Positions 1 to 13,009 of a DNA stretch of 64,000 nucleotides are shown here, piece after piece. Numbering within the stretch: position 1 is the stretch's first letter; each line of letters opens with the position of its first letter. The position numbers were made by a program, and so were the translations under genes. The stretch is from Eledone cirrhosa. Lineage: Eukaryota. Under the pieces are notes generated by a model. That model searched no databases. It was not told where the DNA came from and was given only the letters and a program-made list of their open reading frames with translations. The DNA is taken from assembly GCA_964016885.1 (NCBI GenBank), contig OZ024745.1:55676001-55740000 (forward strand), read 5' to 3'.

Positions 1-1924
1 GAATCATAAACGTGTTGTAGATCACTCCCATAAGTTGCTTGTTATTCCCGTTGTTTTGAAACATAATACATCGGATAATTGTTATTATTTAATTATAAAT
101 TTCACCAGTATTTTAATAAACTGGTTTGATTTTCTATAGTATACTTGCATCCCTTAAGGTGTAATTCTGTTTGTTCTCTAATCACACCCCCTCAGCTTGT
201 TTGAAACTTTGGAGGTGATCAGCGATATTTCTTCTGCAAGAGAACATTCTGCTCTCCAGAGGAATATATAAAATGTAGTATATGAAAACTGTAATATATA
301 AATGCATGTCTTGATCAGACATGGCCTGCGGTGTGATAGGAGCGAGATAACAAATGGGGTGATCAATCTTAGTCAGAAATGGTCTGGTTTGAAGCTATTC
401 CTGAAAGTGCGAGCGGAGGAAATGTTCTTCATCGGTTGCCACCACAATGCGTTACAGCAGCCCGCAGATTTCCAAATCGGAAAGCCTTAACGCTCACATC
501 ATATGGAAAGGACAGGTTCTAGTTGTCAGGCGCTCTATCTGCTGCTGACATCCTTTTCCAAGGAGGGCCTGGCTATCCATTTTCCCTTGCCAAAGAATTG
601 TTGGCATTTTACCTGAATCAGAAACCATTATCGTTGCAGTAGAATGAATAGTTAGAAGATGAGAAAATGCTAGGTTCATTTGTTCAAGCTCTCTCTTTAC
701 TTTCTGAGTTGATATCTCGTAGATGTTAAGTTTTTAATTCCATCTTTTTATATTTTATTAAATAAAGTAAGAGTCAAGTACTGATGTGAAATAATACATC
801 TACTGTTTTGTTCATCCCAATTTGTGGCCTTCCTGGTCATTATATCTATTATTGATTCCTCTCTACATATTTCATTCATATGCTAATTCAAATAGATCAT
901 TGTTTATGTATTGCATATACTACATAAATAAAAATATTGTTATATTCACTTTCCATTCAGAGGTCAAAAACAAGTCTAATCATTATCATAAATATATGTT
1001 CTTTTCATATTCATATTATGTTTTCAAAGTACCACAAAATATTAATATCTACCTAGCACTATTTCAGCGATGAAAATATAGAAATACGAACGACGAATAA
1101 ACTGCTAAAAGATTGATATATTATTTATTACAAAATAACATGTACGATTCAAAATAAAACATATGATTAGTGTATATTAAATATACTCTAAGGGTCATAT
1201 CTTCAACAGCATATTACCTTTGAAAACAAAATGCAATTAATTTAGATAAAAGAAACGAAATCATACATATGCTTAGATATATCTTTGATGTAATCTTATA
1301 TAAAATATTGCATGAGGTTAGAGTTAAACTGTATTGCTTTGTAGAAGTTTAGTACTCATAGTCTAATAATTGTGGGTGTAATATCAATCATGTCTAGCAT
1401 ACGAAAATTTCAATATATTAATCTCTCCCGCTGCTATTTCTTTTTCACTTAATATGAATTTATAGAGAAAAAGAAGGATGGAGAGAACGAGTTCGACATA
1501 TGTGTTTATATTTATAGCTCAATGTAAGCATTACAAAGTATATTCGATATATCATAAACAATAAGTGAATAGCATTGCACATAATAATTGCTGCTATCAT
1601 GAATAATGTTACATATGCTATTCGAATGAATTGGAAAATACAATGATACATGTAAGAGAGTTAGATCACATGAATATATGATCGTTGCACCTAAGCATAT
1701 ATTGGACAATGTAACATCGAATATTGAAACTGGAATTGGAATATAATAATTCCTTGCACTTTACAAAGTATTTCCAATATTACATACTATATGATCCTAT
1801 GAGACATGTTACAATGACTTGCGCAAATAATACTGATTATATATATGCATGTATGTTTTTTCCATACAAAAAAACTCTTCTAGCCCTGTAGAAGACATTT
1901 CTGTATATTTAAATAAATAAATAA

Positions 1925-1927
<3 letters not shown>

Positions 1928-1998
<71 letters not shown>
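1928..1998. repeat. (TA)n microsatellite
   Basis: Pure TA dinucleotide run. Confidence 0.95.
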
Positions 1999-2001
<3 letters not shown>

Positions 2002-5000
2002 CACGCTTTTTCTGTCGTTAACATCGTCTGTTCGTTATCGTATTCAGTAAACGATCCGTGTAAACTTACATGGCATTTCTATTTTGTAATTATTTCTAGA
2101 ACCTAAGCACGAAATTGAGCTTTATTCCGGATCATATGATGATACTTAATATATACCGAAAAACGAGTTTACAATTATAATGAAGTGACATAAGAACATT
2201 AATGTCAATGACAAATTAACTCCCCTTTAAAGCTTTATATATGTCACTCTATTTCTAAATATCATAAGCCTATCTACACAAGTACAGTCACACAGACACA
2301 CACTTATACTTATACATACATACACACACATATACACACATGCATATATACATACATCATACTCTCGACGCGAGCAGTCAAACATATTCCGTGCGAGAAT
2401 ATTCCTTAAGATGAATATTATCTTCAAACGTAATACCACAGCTACCACCCTATTGAACAACTAAATATTCTTCAGCTATTATTCTTTGAAAATACTATTA
2501 TTCGAAATAAGAGAGATATCCATCTGGATAATGGATTCACTTTTAAAAAATTTGCGACAAACAGCATGGCAACATCGAAATCATTGAAACGTAGAGAAAA
2601 AAGGAGAACTGTAAAAAGTATATGTTTAGTTGTTGGTACAAAAGTAAGCGCATTTTACCCTGAGCTGACTGATATGGAAATGATTTACATATGCTACAAC
2701 AATGATTTAGACACTTAAATTTATTTACACTCTGTACACTTCAGCCGTAACACTGGATTACAACCCAAACGTAACAGACCTCGTAATAACATCGCACCGC
2801 CTGTAGCTTTTGTTACACACTTAACACACCTATATATGTGTATGTGCGTTTGTGTGTTTATAAAATGATTTGTATTATGCGCTGTTATATATGATATTAA
2901 TTATCTACTGCATTCTAACAAGGTTATATTAATTAAAATGTTTCTTCATGGCGTGACAAATTTGAATCCTGAGCATTATATTAATTATACCATAAACTAA
3001 ATGCTATTAATAATTGAACATCATACAAATGAAAGAACTTCTATTTACATGTTTATTACATCAGAACAACTGTTGCATTTGAATGATGTTATTGTGAGCA
3101 CCGTTTGTGACTATCGGGAATTACGTCACTTGGTTTGTCTATAAAATAAGTATTTCTGGATTCAATTTACCATATGACTTGTCTTAACAAAAGCTCAGGT
3201 TTCGTGGATAAATGAAATCAATATTTTAATTATTAGAATTGCATCACTAGAAGCAAAACCGCCATTTTGCATCTAAGTGGAAATTACATTGAATCATGAA
3301 TACAATAAGACATTATAATATTCAGATTGTGTAGAATTAATTTTATTAATGATTCATGAATAAATTATTAATGGCGATATTATCCTGGGGTAGTTAGTTG
3401 TTAGAATTTACAGTGTACTTCCTTAATTAATATACAGTATTCGATTTCTCACCTGTGCATTTTCATTTCAAATAATTCTTCTTCAAAGATTAATTTACAT
3501 TACTAAGCTGCCAATTATACAATCATGCAGCAGTTGTTTAAAACATCTATACCACTCTCCTAAATAGTTTGTATTAATTCCGTTGCATACATATTATGGT
3601 TTGGGTCTTGCCATTCGTTTGGACGTCAACGGCCTAGCTAACTTCATGGAAATCTAATATCCTGCCACTCACAGAACATGTGTTCAAAATGAGGGGCCGC
3701 ATCTTGTATGGATGTGTGGTTATTGATATTGTCCCAAGTGGTTACAGTAGGCCAAAGTACCTTTCAAGAAGGACTCTCTTTCCATCCCCACCCTGAACAT
3801 TTGAAAAAACAACTCCATACCATCGTTTTATACATCATTCGGTTATTGGACAATTTCCCTTAAGATTTTCAAGTATTTATAATTAAATGTTAGTTGAATA
3901 CACACAAGTCACCGATAAGTGATTGGACGCGTCAGCATAAGAGCAAGCCCATCCTTCTCATAGTGTAATCAATTAAGCGTCTAAACATGACCTAACGTCC
4001 AACTCTCCATAACATTTCTTAATACTGTAAGATGGCTGGGTCATACACCTCTATGAGTAGTTGAAAACGACTGAATGACACTGGGAAATACGAGATCAAC
4101 AAGCTCTATGCGTTGGCTACCCACCCTGCTGTGACGATCTGATTTCAATAAACAGGAGGGAAATTACCACCTCAGCCAAATGGAATATTTTAAGTGCAGC
4201 AGGAAGTATTTCCCAATATACTTGAATGGTTCCCCCATAGTTAAGGAAAATTGAAGGAAAGATAGTAGCAAAACTAGAGACGTTAAACATTTCACCCAAT
4301 ATCACTGCACAAAATAAAATGAAAACATCTGTTATGCCAGCAAGTCTGACTTAAACCCACATAGAAAATATATAGCTGTATATGTCAGTCTACATGTTCG
4401 GCCCATTGGAATGCCTAGCATAGTAGTGAAATATCAGGTGGTAGTGAAAGATAAAAGGGGAATAGGTAGAGGTGAAATATGAAGATGTTCCATAAATCAC
4501 GAAGGCAGTTCAGCAAAGAAAACGCGTCAATGTTCGACCTGAAAATATTCAATCCATGGGAGTCAGCGCTGGAATAATTTGCGGCGTATTGTCCTATCTT
4601 AGGATCAACATCATCCGTATATACCTACTGTATTCTACCCTCGAATACGAACGTATTGAAGTGGAAGAGATCAGATTACACCGATAGACATACATGTACA
4701 ACGGTGCTTATGTATATTGCAAATGTAATAAATGCCGCGAAAGATAAGTATGTATCACGAGAAAGTTCAACATTACCATAAGCAGCAGGATACAGCAAAC
4801 TGAAGAGCCATGCCATCCGCGGCACAGGGGTGAGATACTGCGTGGAGCGAATGTCTATGAGTGAACAGCACATCTTCCACTGTAGAGAAACCGCCATAAA
4901 TCATCAGGGAATGTGGATGTATGTCAAACGTAGTGGTTCAATCTAGCAAATAAATAAGATTAAAAAAAGCTGATAAAAACAACTGTGCTATTTTAAAGTA

Positions 5001-6899
5001 TAACAGCAGATATTTCCTACAGTAATTTGGAATACGCCTGTTTAGACAACGGAATAAAGAAACCGCTTACTGGAGCCATTTTGGCTAGAAACTTTCAATT
5101 TCTGAGTATAAGAGTGCTTCTCCTATTGCCTTACACGCAATAGGAGAAGCACATTTCATACAACCTACCAGTCTTGCACACAATAAAGTGTGCAACAGAA
5201 GGGCAACCCGGAATTATCACCTGGATGCTAATCAAGCCTTTTAAACTGTATGTTGTTAAGCGTCAGTTTGACAATTATTTCCATGCTTAGAAATCAGGAG
5301 ATCGATATTGCAAAAGATTAAATAGGATTATACATAGATCTGTATTCAACTGACCGAATGATAAATAATCGATTTTATTCTGTAATGTTTATTTAGTTCT
5401 TATTTATTTTATTTTAGTTATCATGTTGATGAGGTTTTGTTTGCTAATGCTCAGTTCATATATACGTTGCATATGAGCTAACTAAAAAAAAGATTATATG
5501 AAAGATTTTCTGCTTTGAAATTAAGTATTTTGTTATGTTATCTTGTGGAGTAGAGTGGTTTAAATTAGTCGTACGCATTTTGTTATGTCAGTGAAGCAGT
5601 TACTGATTAATGAACGGTATAATGCGAAAGCCGGACAAATAATTAAATAATCACTGCATGTAGTGCGCTGATGAGTGAAGTTTTCTTAATGAATTGCATA
5701 GTTAGATTTGGTGGGTACAATCAAAATGTGTGTTTATCTTGTATATACCAGTCGTTATATGTATTCCTGTGTGTTTTTGCGTGTATGCATATCTGTGGGA
5801 GAGTGTGTGATTGTGTGCCTGCTCTAGATATTCTAATGCCGATCCAAAGTACAATATACCAGGAGCCTCTGTGGTGTTAGAGAATATATGAAGCAGAAGA
5901 GGTGGTCTAGCAATATTAATGAGGTTTATGGCCATGTTGCTCGTGTATAATTCACAAACAAATCAATCGGAATGTGTAAAACCTAGAACGTGTAAAGGTT
6001 GTAGATAGATGTGTTTGAAAAAATAAAGAGTATTAATATATACGTGGTTTATATACTAAAAATGCGGAGGTTACATAAAAATGTATGCCCTCTCATTCAA
6101 CTCTCTTCTTTACTACCATGAAGGCTAATAATAAGTACATTAATTTAACGTCTATTTCAAGAGGTACTCTAAGTGATATGCTATATGATTTCTATGGCTA
6201 CATATACACTTGTCTCTGAATGTATGGTATACACAATTCAAATGAAGGACCAAACAAGATCCAAAATTTATGTTTACAATTTCCGCAGTTTATTGTATCT
6301 ATTAAAGTCAAGAGCCACAATACTCACTTCTTTACATGTTAAAGACATATTCTGAAAGCTTTGATTTATGCATTTTATTTTAACATTTAATACGCTGTTT
6401 CTTGTTTTCAGGTAGTTGATATATGGGCTATTTTGTATTCCTGACTTTGAATAAAAATGGCAACATCACAACAGACAACGCAGTGTGTCTCTGTCTCTTT
6501 AGAGACCAAATCCATTAGGTCCATGGGAATTACCGCATTAAGAACAATTAATTAAAAACAACTAACTAGTGTTAGCATGTATCAGGCATATAATTTTTAT
6601 GGATACAAAATCGTTTACACAACCATATGGCTGCTTGACCACGAACGTCTTTTGAACACGTCGAGCGAACGTGTGCTGCATTTCCTCGTTGTCCTGTTAA
6701 GTCTATTCTTACTCGTACTTCAAGTAGACAGTTAAGTTTGCCACAGTCAACACTACGCAAAGTTGGGCAGACGCACTTGAATCTTTATGCATATAAAGTG
6801 CACATTTTGCAGACAAACACGGCCAGATGTCAAAGCCTGAAGGAATCAATTTCTAGTGGACAGGTTAGCTCGATTACATGAAGATGAATGCGTACCTTG

Positions 6900-7800
6900 A
6901 AAGATTTAATTTAGTAATGACGTAATGTTTCATGCATCAGGAATGATAAAGAGTATGGTGTACTGCAGACACAACACCTGTAATTTACAGTCATTCCCTA
7001 ATAAGATGATGCGCCAGAATATTTGGTGTTTATTGCTCGTTACTGTCTTAATTAAAGGTCTCCCAACCAGTGGATTGGAAGAGGCATTCCAGTGATGTTG
7101 GTCACCTAGCGTGTCAAATGTAACCCCTCTAGACTTCAATATATAATTCTACGTTAAGGATAGAGTCAATCGTACACGATTTCAAGACCTCAATGATATC
7201 AAAGAATGAAACCGTCCAGCGATATCCAGCATTGATGAGGGTATGCTTAAAAAGGAATGTTCAAATATTGAGCATCGTCTAGATATGTTAGGTACAACCA
7301 ATGGAGTCCACATTGACGTGTTCTGGTGTTTTTAATAAAATATAATGTTTTATTTATCTCTTTCAATACTCTTTAAAGAGTTATCATAATTTATCATTAT
7401 CGTTTAACTATTCTCCAGATTAATGACAAACGTTGCACCCCTGTCAGAAGATTATGTATTTATTGAAACGGACAAGACTGAATTGCTATTGTAGGAAGAA
7501 CTATCTAACCTAATGTTTAGCAATTTATCAATTCCAGAGGATTTCCATTTGTCGTATTTCTGTAATACCAACTCTAGTTCTTCCATAGTTATGTCTTGCC
7601 AAGTCTGCCTTTCTAAATTATTATTTGTCTTCCATGTTCTTTATCCATTTTGCATTCGCATGATGAAATTTTTCGGTACCACATAATGGTTTCCAGAATT
7701 CTTCAATTGAATGCACTTACTTTTCTGCAATTATCTGTGTACCAATTTCCCTATACAACCTTTATGCATTCGACCAGAAGGAGACGGCAATCTGTTTAAG
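6900..7800 (-). pseudogene. Highly degraded Dong/R4-like (REL-type) non-LTR retrotransposon RT-region remnant
   Basis: Minus-strand translation fragments EFWKPL..., NAKWIKNME, QDITMEELELVLQKYDKWKSSGIDKL (cf. WKSPGID) and an SIPH remnant of KAFDSIPH; many stops and frameshifts. Confidence 0.55.
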
Positions 7801-8009
7801 AGACGGAATAATTCAATGCCATCATTGCAGGTTGATGGGGAAAATAAATAAATTGAAATAGAACCAAATTGAATATAGATTTTAATTACATTTTGCAGTT
7901 TAAAAATTAGGAGGTTGAAAAAGCCATATGACTATACTCTAGCCCTTGGTCAAGGTAGATGTTGATTAAGGACGTGTTGTAAATTAAAGTACAATCAACA
8001 ATAAAGACA

Positions 8010-8190
8010 CTGTATCGGTAGAAGGTCGGACGCCATTCTTTTCAACATAGAGTCACTGCCCTTTACGGCCTGAGTTTAAATCACGCCCAGGTTAACTTTG
8101 CTTTCATCCTTACGGGGTCGATAAAATAAATCACCAGTAATGCCTTGGGATAATTGGTGGCCTTTTGTCAAAAGTAGAAACAATTATTAT
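8010..8190 (+). mobile_element. tRNA-derived SINE (octopus type)
   Basis: Degenerate B-box GAGTTTAAATC followed by body GGTTAACTTTGCTTTCATCCTTACGGGGTCGATAAAATAA and a short ATT tail. Confidence 0.7.
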
Positions 8191-8193
8191 TCT

Positions 8194-8355
8194 TTCCACC
8201 TCATGCGATATGGCATGGACAGGGCGGCTAAGGAATCTGGAACGGGTGGAGCCCTAATCAATATAGATAAATCAAAGGTTTTCGATAGAATCGACCACCA
8301 CTAACTTGCGGACGACCTCAAAGAATCAGGCCTTGAACACGTTTTCGGAAGCTGA
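8194..8355 (+). pseudogene. L1/Tx1-like RT fragment
   Basis: Translates HLMRYGMDRAAKESGTGGALINIDKSKVFDRIDHH*L, matching the LDQxKAFDRVDH RT motif. Confidence 0.7.
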
Positions 8356-8613
8356 AATTTTCGTTAGAATTAAAACATCTACAAACTTATTTCTAACATC
8401 TTAATTTTTTTTTACATGCTATGTGTAAATGATTATAACCTTTCCTCTAAGCTTTAAACGTCAACTCACTATATCTCTGTATGTATATGTTCATTGAACG
8501 TATAGCTTCTCAATCGCAATTTCTCTTCAAGTAACTAGACACTCTTTCGTAGAGTATTATTTTAAAGAATATATAAGGGAGAATATACACACATATATAT
8601 ACATACACACATA

Positions 8614-8686
<73 letters not shown>

Positions 8687-8691
8687 CATTA

Positions 8692-8997
8692 TCTATAAAA
8701 GGCAGGTCTGTATGTATGTTTCAATTTTATACATTTGCACAATTTCAAACCGATTCAACTCAAAGTCTGTAAGAATGTTGTATTTATTTCAAACTCACCC
8801 ACAATGACGGAAATAATCGATAAAACTAAATACATGACGCTTTACCCCTCTAATACAATCTGATAAACTCTCTCTACTCCCCTTAAAATTCGATAAAACT
8901 ACATACATGCTGCAACTCTCTTATATACGCTTAAACTTACAAACTTCCTTTAGGAACGCCGAAGAAAAAAGAGAGAAAGAAATGAAGGAGAGAGAGA

Positions 8998-9058
<61 letters not shown>

Positions 9059-9807
9059 TTTGTTTTTGAGTGTGGAATGGTCAAACATTTATTTACTTCA
9101 ATGACAACAATTATTCAAAAGCAACAGATAAATTTATTCAACAACAACAAAAAATAGCGGTAAATCTGTTTTAAAACATCTCTCAACGAACGTGGAAGAA
9201 AGAAGTATCAGTTTATTTACTATACACAATAATATCCTCTATGAGGTCACTAAACCTGTTAGAAATAACAGCTAACTCTCCCCCATATCACACCCCTCCC
9301 TATTGTCTTAAATTTAGAAAACACATATCCTCTGTGAGGTCACTAAACCTGCTAGAAACAGCAGCTAACTCTCCCCCATATCACACCCCTCCCTACTGTC
9401 TTAAATTTAGAAAACACATATCCTCTATGAGGTCACTAAACCTGCTAGAAACAGCAGCTAACTCTCCCCCATATCACACCCCTCCCTACTGCCTTAAATT
9501 TAGAAAACACACATTAGACAACCATGCAGAACAACTCCATCGCAGCTCTGTTATTCGGCTGGCATCGTCTACGCGCGTGTTGCGCAAGTACTGTGAAACA
9601 ATAAATTTTAACACTTCTTTGCACAGAGATAATATCCAGTGGCGAAACTACAATTGTCACTGATGGTGCAGCTCCTGCTTCGGCAGTCCAGGTCTGCAAT
9701 TCATTCACCCAGTGCCTGGCAGACAAAAAATTGCTGCCATAAAATGGGTGGTGCAACCTAACTTTGGTAACTTACTGACCACGAGCAACGCCGGGCTTTA
9801 ATGCTAG
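8692..9807 (+). mobile_element. Non-autonomous Helitron-like element
   Basis: Starts A|TC next to (TA)n; ends with imperfect GC hairpin (CGAGCAACGCCGGG) followed by CTAG|T; internal (GA)n and a nested tandem repeat. Confidence 0.6.
9232..9512 (+). repeat. 93-bp tandem repeat, 3 copies
   Basis: Units start at 9232, 9325 and 9418; they account for the 31-aa repeat in ORF 9241-9663. Confidence 0.9.
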
Positions 9808-9987
9808 TATATATATAAATATATATATATTTATTAAAATAACAGATTAAAGTTTAAGCAAATAATCGCTGCTTTCACCCTTAACGGGCTTTTCTAATAC
9901 TAACAAAGTCAATCTGTAAACGCAGAACTGGATATTTCAAAAAACGTTGCAACCGGAGGAAGACAGGAAGACGATACTTTGGTTCGT

Positions 9988-10256
9988 GGAAGCGTTCGCT
10001 GGCTAAGAACGGGAAAAATCGAATATAATACGTCATTAATAGGAGCGGTGAAAAACAATTACGCGCAAAGACAGAACCACGTTTATGGTATAAAAGAGGT
10101 CGTAGACAAATGTTCTCTTAGGTGGTGCATAGAGACGTTCTCTGGCAATGAACGAAAAAAAACGAAGATAATACGTCATATGTGGAGCATGGAGAACAAT
10201 AGAACGCAAAGACAAAACCACGTAAATGGTATAGCCGAAGTCGTAGACTAAATTCT
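9988..10256. repeat. Two diverged ~143-bp direct repeats
   Basis: CGTTC.CTGGC...ATAATACGTCAT...CGCAAAGACA.AACCACGT...GTCGTAGAC occurs twice. Confidence 0.7.
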
Positions 10257-10399
10257 AAACAGGAGACCGAATGAACTCCGCTACAGAGGTAAGAACAAAG
10301 TAAATAAATACAATACAGAAGTAATAGAAATAAATAAATACATACACGCAAACAAATACGTACATACACAAGCATTTTAGTCTTCAAATTTATTATTAT

Positions 10400-10464
<65 letters not shown>

Positions 10465-10543
10465 TATAAATGTATATGTGCATAAATTTACGATTACCTG
10501 TAAATATACGGATACCTGCGTGTGTGTGCGCAAAGTTACGACG

Positions 10544-10580
<37 letters not shown>

Positions 10581-10733
10581 TAAGATGTATGGTAGGTCGT
10601 ATGTGAATCGCGATGATCACGTCTGACTTACCAAATATGTGATGGTAGCTAGTTAAGCTCTATGCGTATACGCAGAGCAGAAATATTAGTGAAAAAGAAC
10701 AAAGGAACTATTATGACATTATAACAAGTTTAT

Positions 10734-10780
10734 TGCCGACAGCCGTTTCGTCCGACCCCATGGTGGGACTTATCAAGGCA
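10734..10780 (-). ncRNA. Minimal type I hammerhead ribozyme motif (U3-A8 variant) in a PLE-like 3' end
   Basis: Minus strand: tgcc-TTGATAA-gtcc(12 nt loop)ggac-GAAAC-ggct-GTC-ggca, overlapping AATAAA. Confidence 0.75.
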
Positions 10781-11699
10781 TATAACATGTGATTGCAAGA
10801 TCATTGTTTACATCAACGTATCACTCAAGGCTAGCAGTTTGAAATTGTTGTATACATCAGCAACTCCGCTTTAAGGGGGGGCTCTTTTATATTAGTTGTC
10901 GGGGTTAGGGATTGAAGTTTAAAAATTAGACAAAAATATATAATTTACGCATCAACATTAAACCAAAAGACTTGGGGTCCCGTAGAAGCACCTTAGAAAA
11001 TCCCTCAATGAGTTCATAAAGCTTACAGGCTCCAATAAACCTATTAGTCTAGAAGAAAATTAAGAGGCTAATAAAATAATAAAATAAAAATATAAAGTTT
11101 CCCTAAAAAATATATAAAGTTCCTATGAAATTTCTTCTAGAGAAAAAAAAATTTTTCCGAAAGAAAAAAAACCTTCTTCCCCCGAGATCACGTTTACAAA
11201 ATTCAGAAAACTGAATTGAAAACTAGGTTGAAAGAAACTAATCAATTAGAGGTTAATTCAGAGAGCCTTCCATAAATCTCTCAGAAAAGGCCCCTTTAAT
11301 ATTTCCAATAGGAACGTCTTCCGAGAGACCCTTCGAAGAATTAAAATTTTAGAGAGCCTTTAAGGATAAATATAAAAACGAATTGAGGAAAATTATACAT
11401 TAAAAGTTAAAAATTAAAAATTACGGTATTTGGGATATCCGAGGAATTTTCAAAGGGCTGCTTCAACAGATACAACTTAGGCATAATAGATACAATAATC
11501 TAAGCAACTTAAGTAATTTAATTAGGGAGCAATTCAAGGAGTTTATCAAGTTGGGCAAGATTAAAGAAAGTGGCAACTAAGAAAATACATAAGCAAAAAG
11601 ACAATAATCATAAAATGTATCTTTAAGAAGGTACAAGGTAGCTTCAGTGATCTAACCCTGTATTATCACAAAAAAAACATTCTAAAATTATTGATACAG

Positions 11700-11857
11700 G
11701 ATTAAAAATGATTACAAAATTATTACAAAATTACCACAAAATCATTACAAAATTATCAAATCATCACAAAATTACCACAAAATCATTACAAAATTATCAA
11801 ATTATCATAAAATTATCGCAAAATTATTACAAAATTATCATACAATTATTACAAAAA
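11700..11857. repeat. ~11-bp minisatellite (AAAATTATCAC-like)
   Basis: Recurring aaaattattac / aaaattaccac / aaaatcattac units. Confidence 0.85.
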
Positions 11858-11890
11858 TATAACAGGATGAACAGTACTGGTGACCGTGCG

Positions 11891-11978
11891 GGCGCGATAT
11901 CCATTCTGCCTATGCAGTCCCCTGCATAGCTCCAGGCACGATATCCACTAGGCGTAAGCAGTCATCTGCATAGCTCCA
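11891..11978. repeat. 44-bp direct repeat, 2 copies
   Basis: GGC.CGATATCCA...GCAGTC..CTGCATAGCTCCA twice in tandem. Confidence 0.8.
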
Positions 11979-13009
11979 GGCGCAGCTGGTCTTGTTTAAA
12001 CGTTCATAGATCACCTGGGGTTCACTATTATCTGCGTGGACTCTGTGGGAGATGTACCTGTGGATCCAATAGCCAGTGGTTGCCGGATGTGGTCCGTTCG
12101 ATCCTTTAGTTTCAGGGGTTGAACGCTTTCGCGATAGACGAGCCTGCCGGTTCTAAGTCCAAGGTTTCGCCACGCATGATGTATTGGTCTACATGCTATA
12201 TTGTTAAAAAACCAGTGTGTATTTGACTGGGGTGGTATATTATGAACTCCAAGTCCACACGCGACTGGTCAAAAGCGAAGGGCTGTCCTCTCTTTGTTTG
12301 CTGTATGGGTCGGTCTCAGCTTAGATGGTGGTCGTGTTATCCATATTCCGTCAGCCCTGTATATTCAAGACAGATCAGGGTATGTATTTGCGGGTATGGT
12401 CCTGCGTCTACGTTATCCAGAGGGTCTCGCTTGTGGTATTTTCAAGTTCGCATGTCATCTCCCGGTTAAGACTGTGCATGCTTCGGTGAATCTCAAGCAT
12501 GGAATCTTAGGGTATCATATTACACAGGGTGACCAGCAGAAAATATACATTCTATGCTATCGCGCACGCGCTGGCCTGTGGCTACGACCGTGTCCAGTCT
12601 CGGGTAGTAGCAGACAGCAGGTAGACCAGCTATACACACCCCTGCTGAAGGGGCACAACCCTAACTTATCGAGTGATCAGACTTCAAGGGAGTCAACTCG
12701 CCAAGCCCATTATGTCGACCGTGGTGAAATACAAAAAAAATTCCTATTAGTAAAGAACTAATCACTGATAATAAAGAACCAGCTCAGAAGAATGGGGGGG
12801 GGGGCATCTATTTGGGCGGGGGTTTACTAAGGGAGGGGTGGGGTGAGTGGCTATAGGCAGGGAGCGGCCGCCATATTGGGTGTTTTGTTACTGTTTCCCT
12901 AGGCAGTTCTCGAGTTTGTTGACATACATCTCCGACGGCACCCTCTCAGATTAGTCAACGTGGTTCCAGGCCCTCACGATGTCCTGCATCGCAGGCATCA
13001 GCTGCCCCC

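Noticed and set aside
180-700. Moderately GC-rich segment possibly an old retroelement (likewise 4500-4920)
   Set aside because: No motif recognisable with confidence.
2128-2175. ATGATGA...GAAA HHR-like motif
   Set aside because: Stems I and II do not pair convincingly.
9241-9663. 140-aa ORF with 31-aa repeats
   Set aside because: By-product of the 93-bp tandem repeat.
9860-9900. Minus-strand gccc-gttaa-gggt-GAAA hairpin
   Set aside because: Core and cleavage triplet too degenerate to call.
12294-12761. 155-aa ORF
   Set aside because: No recognisable domain; ORF length expected by chance in a GC-richer segment.
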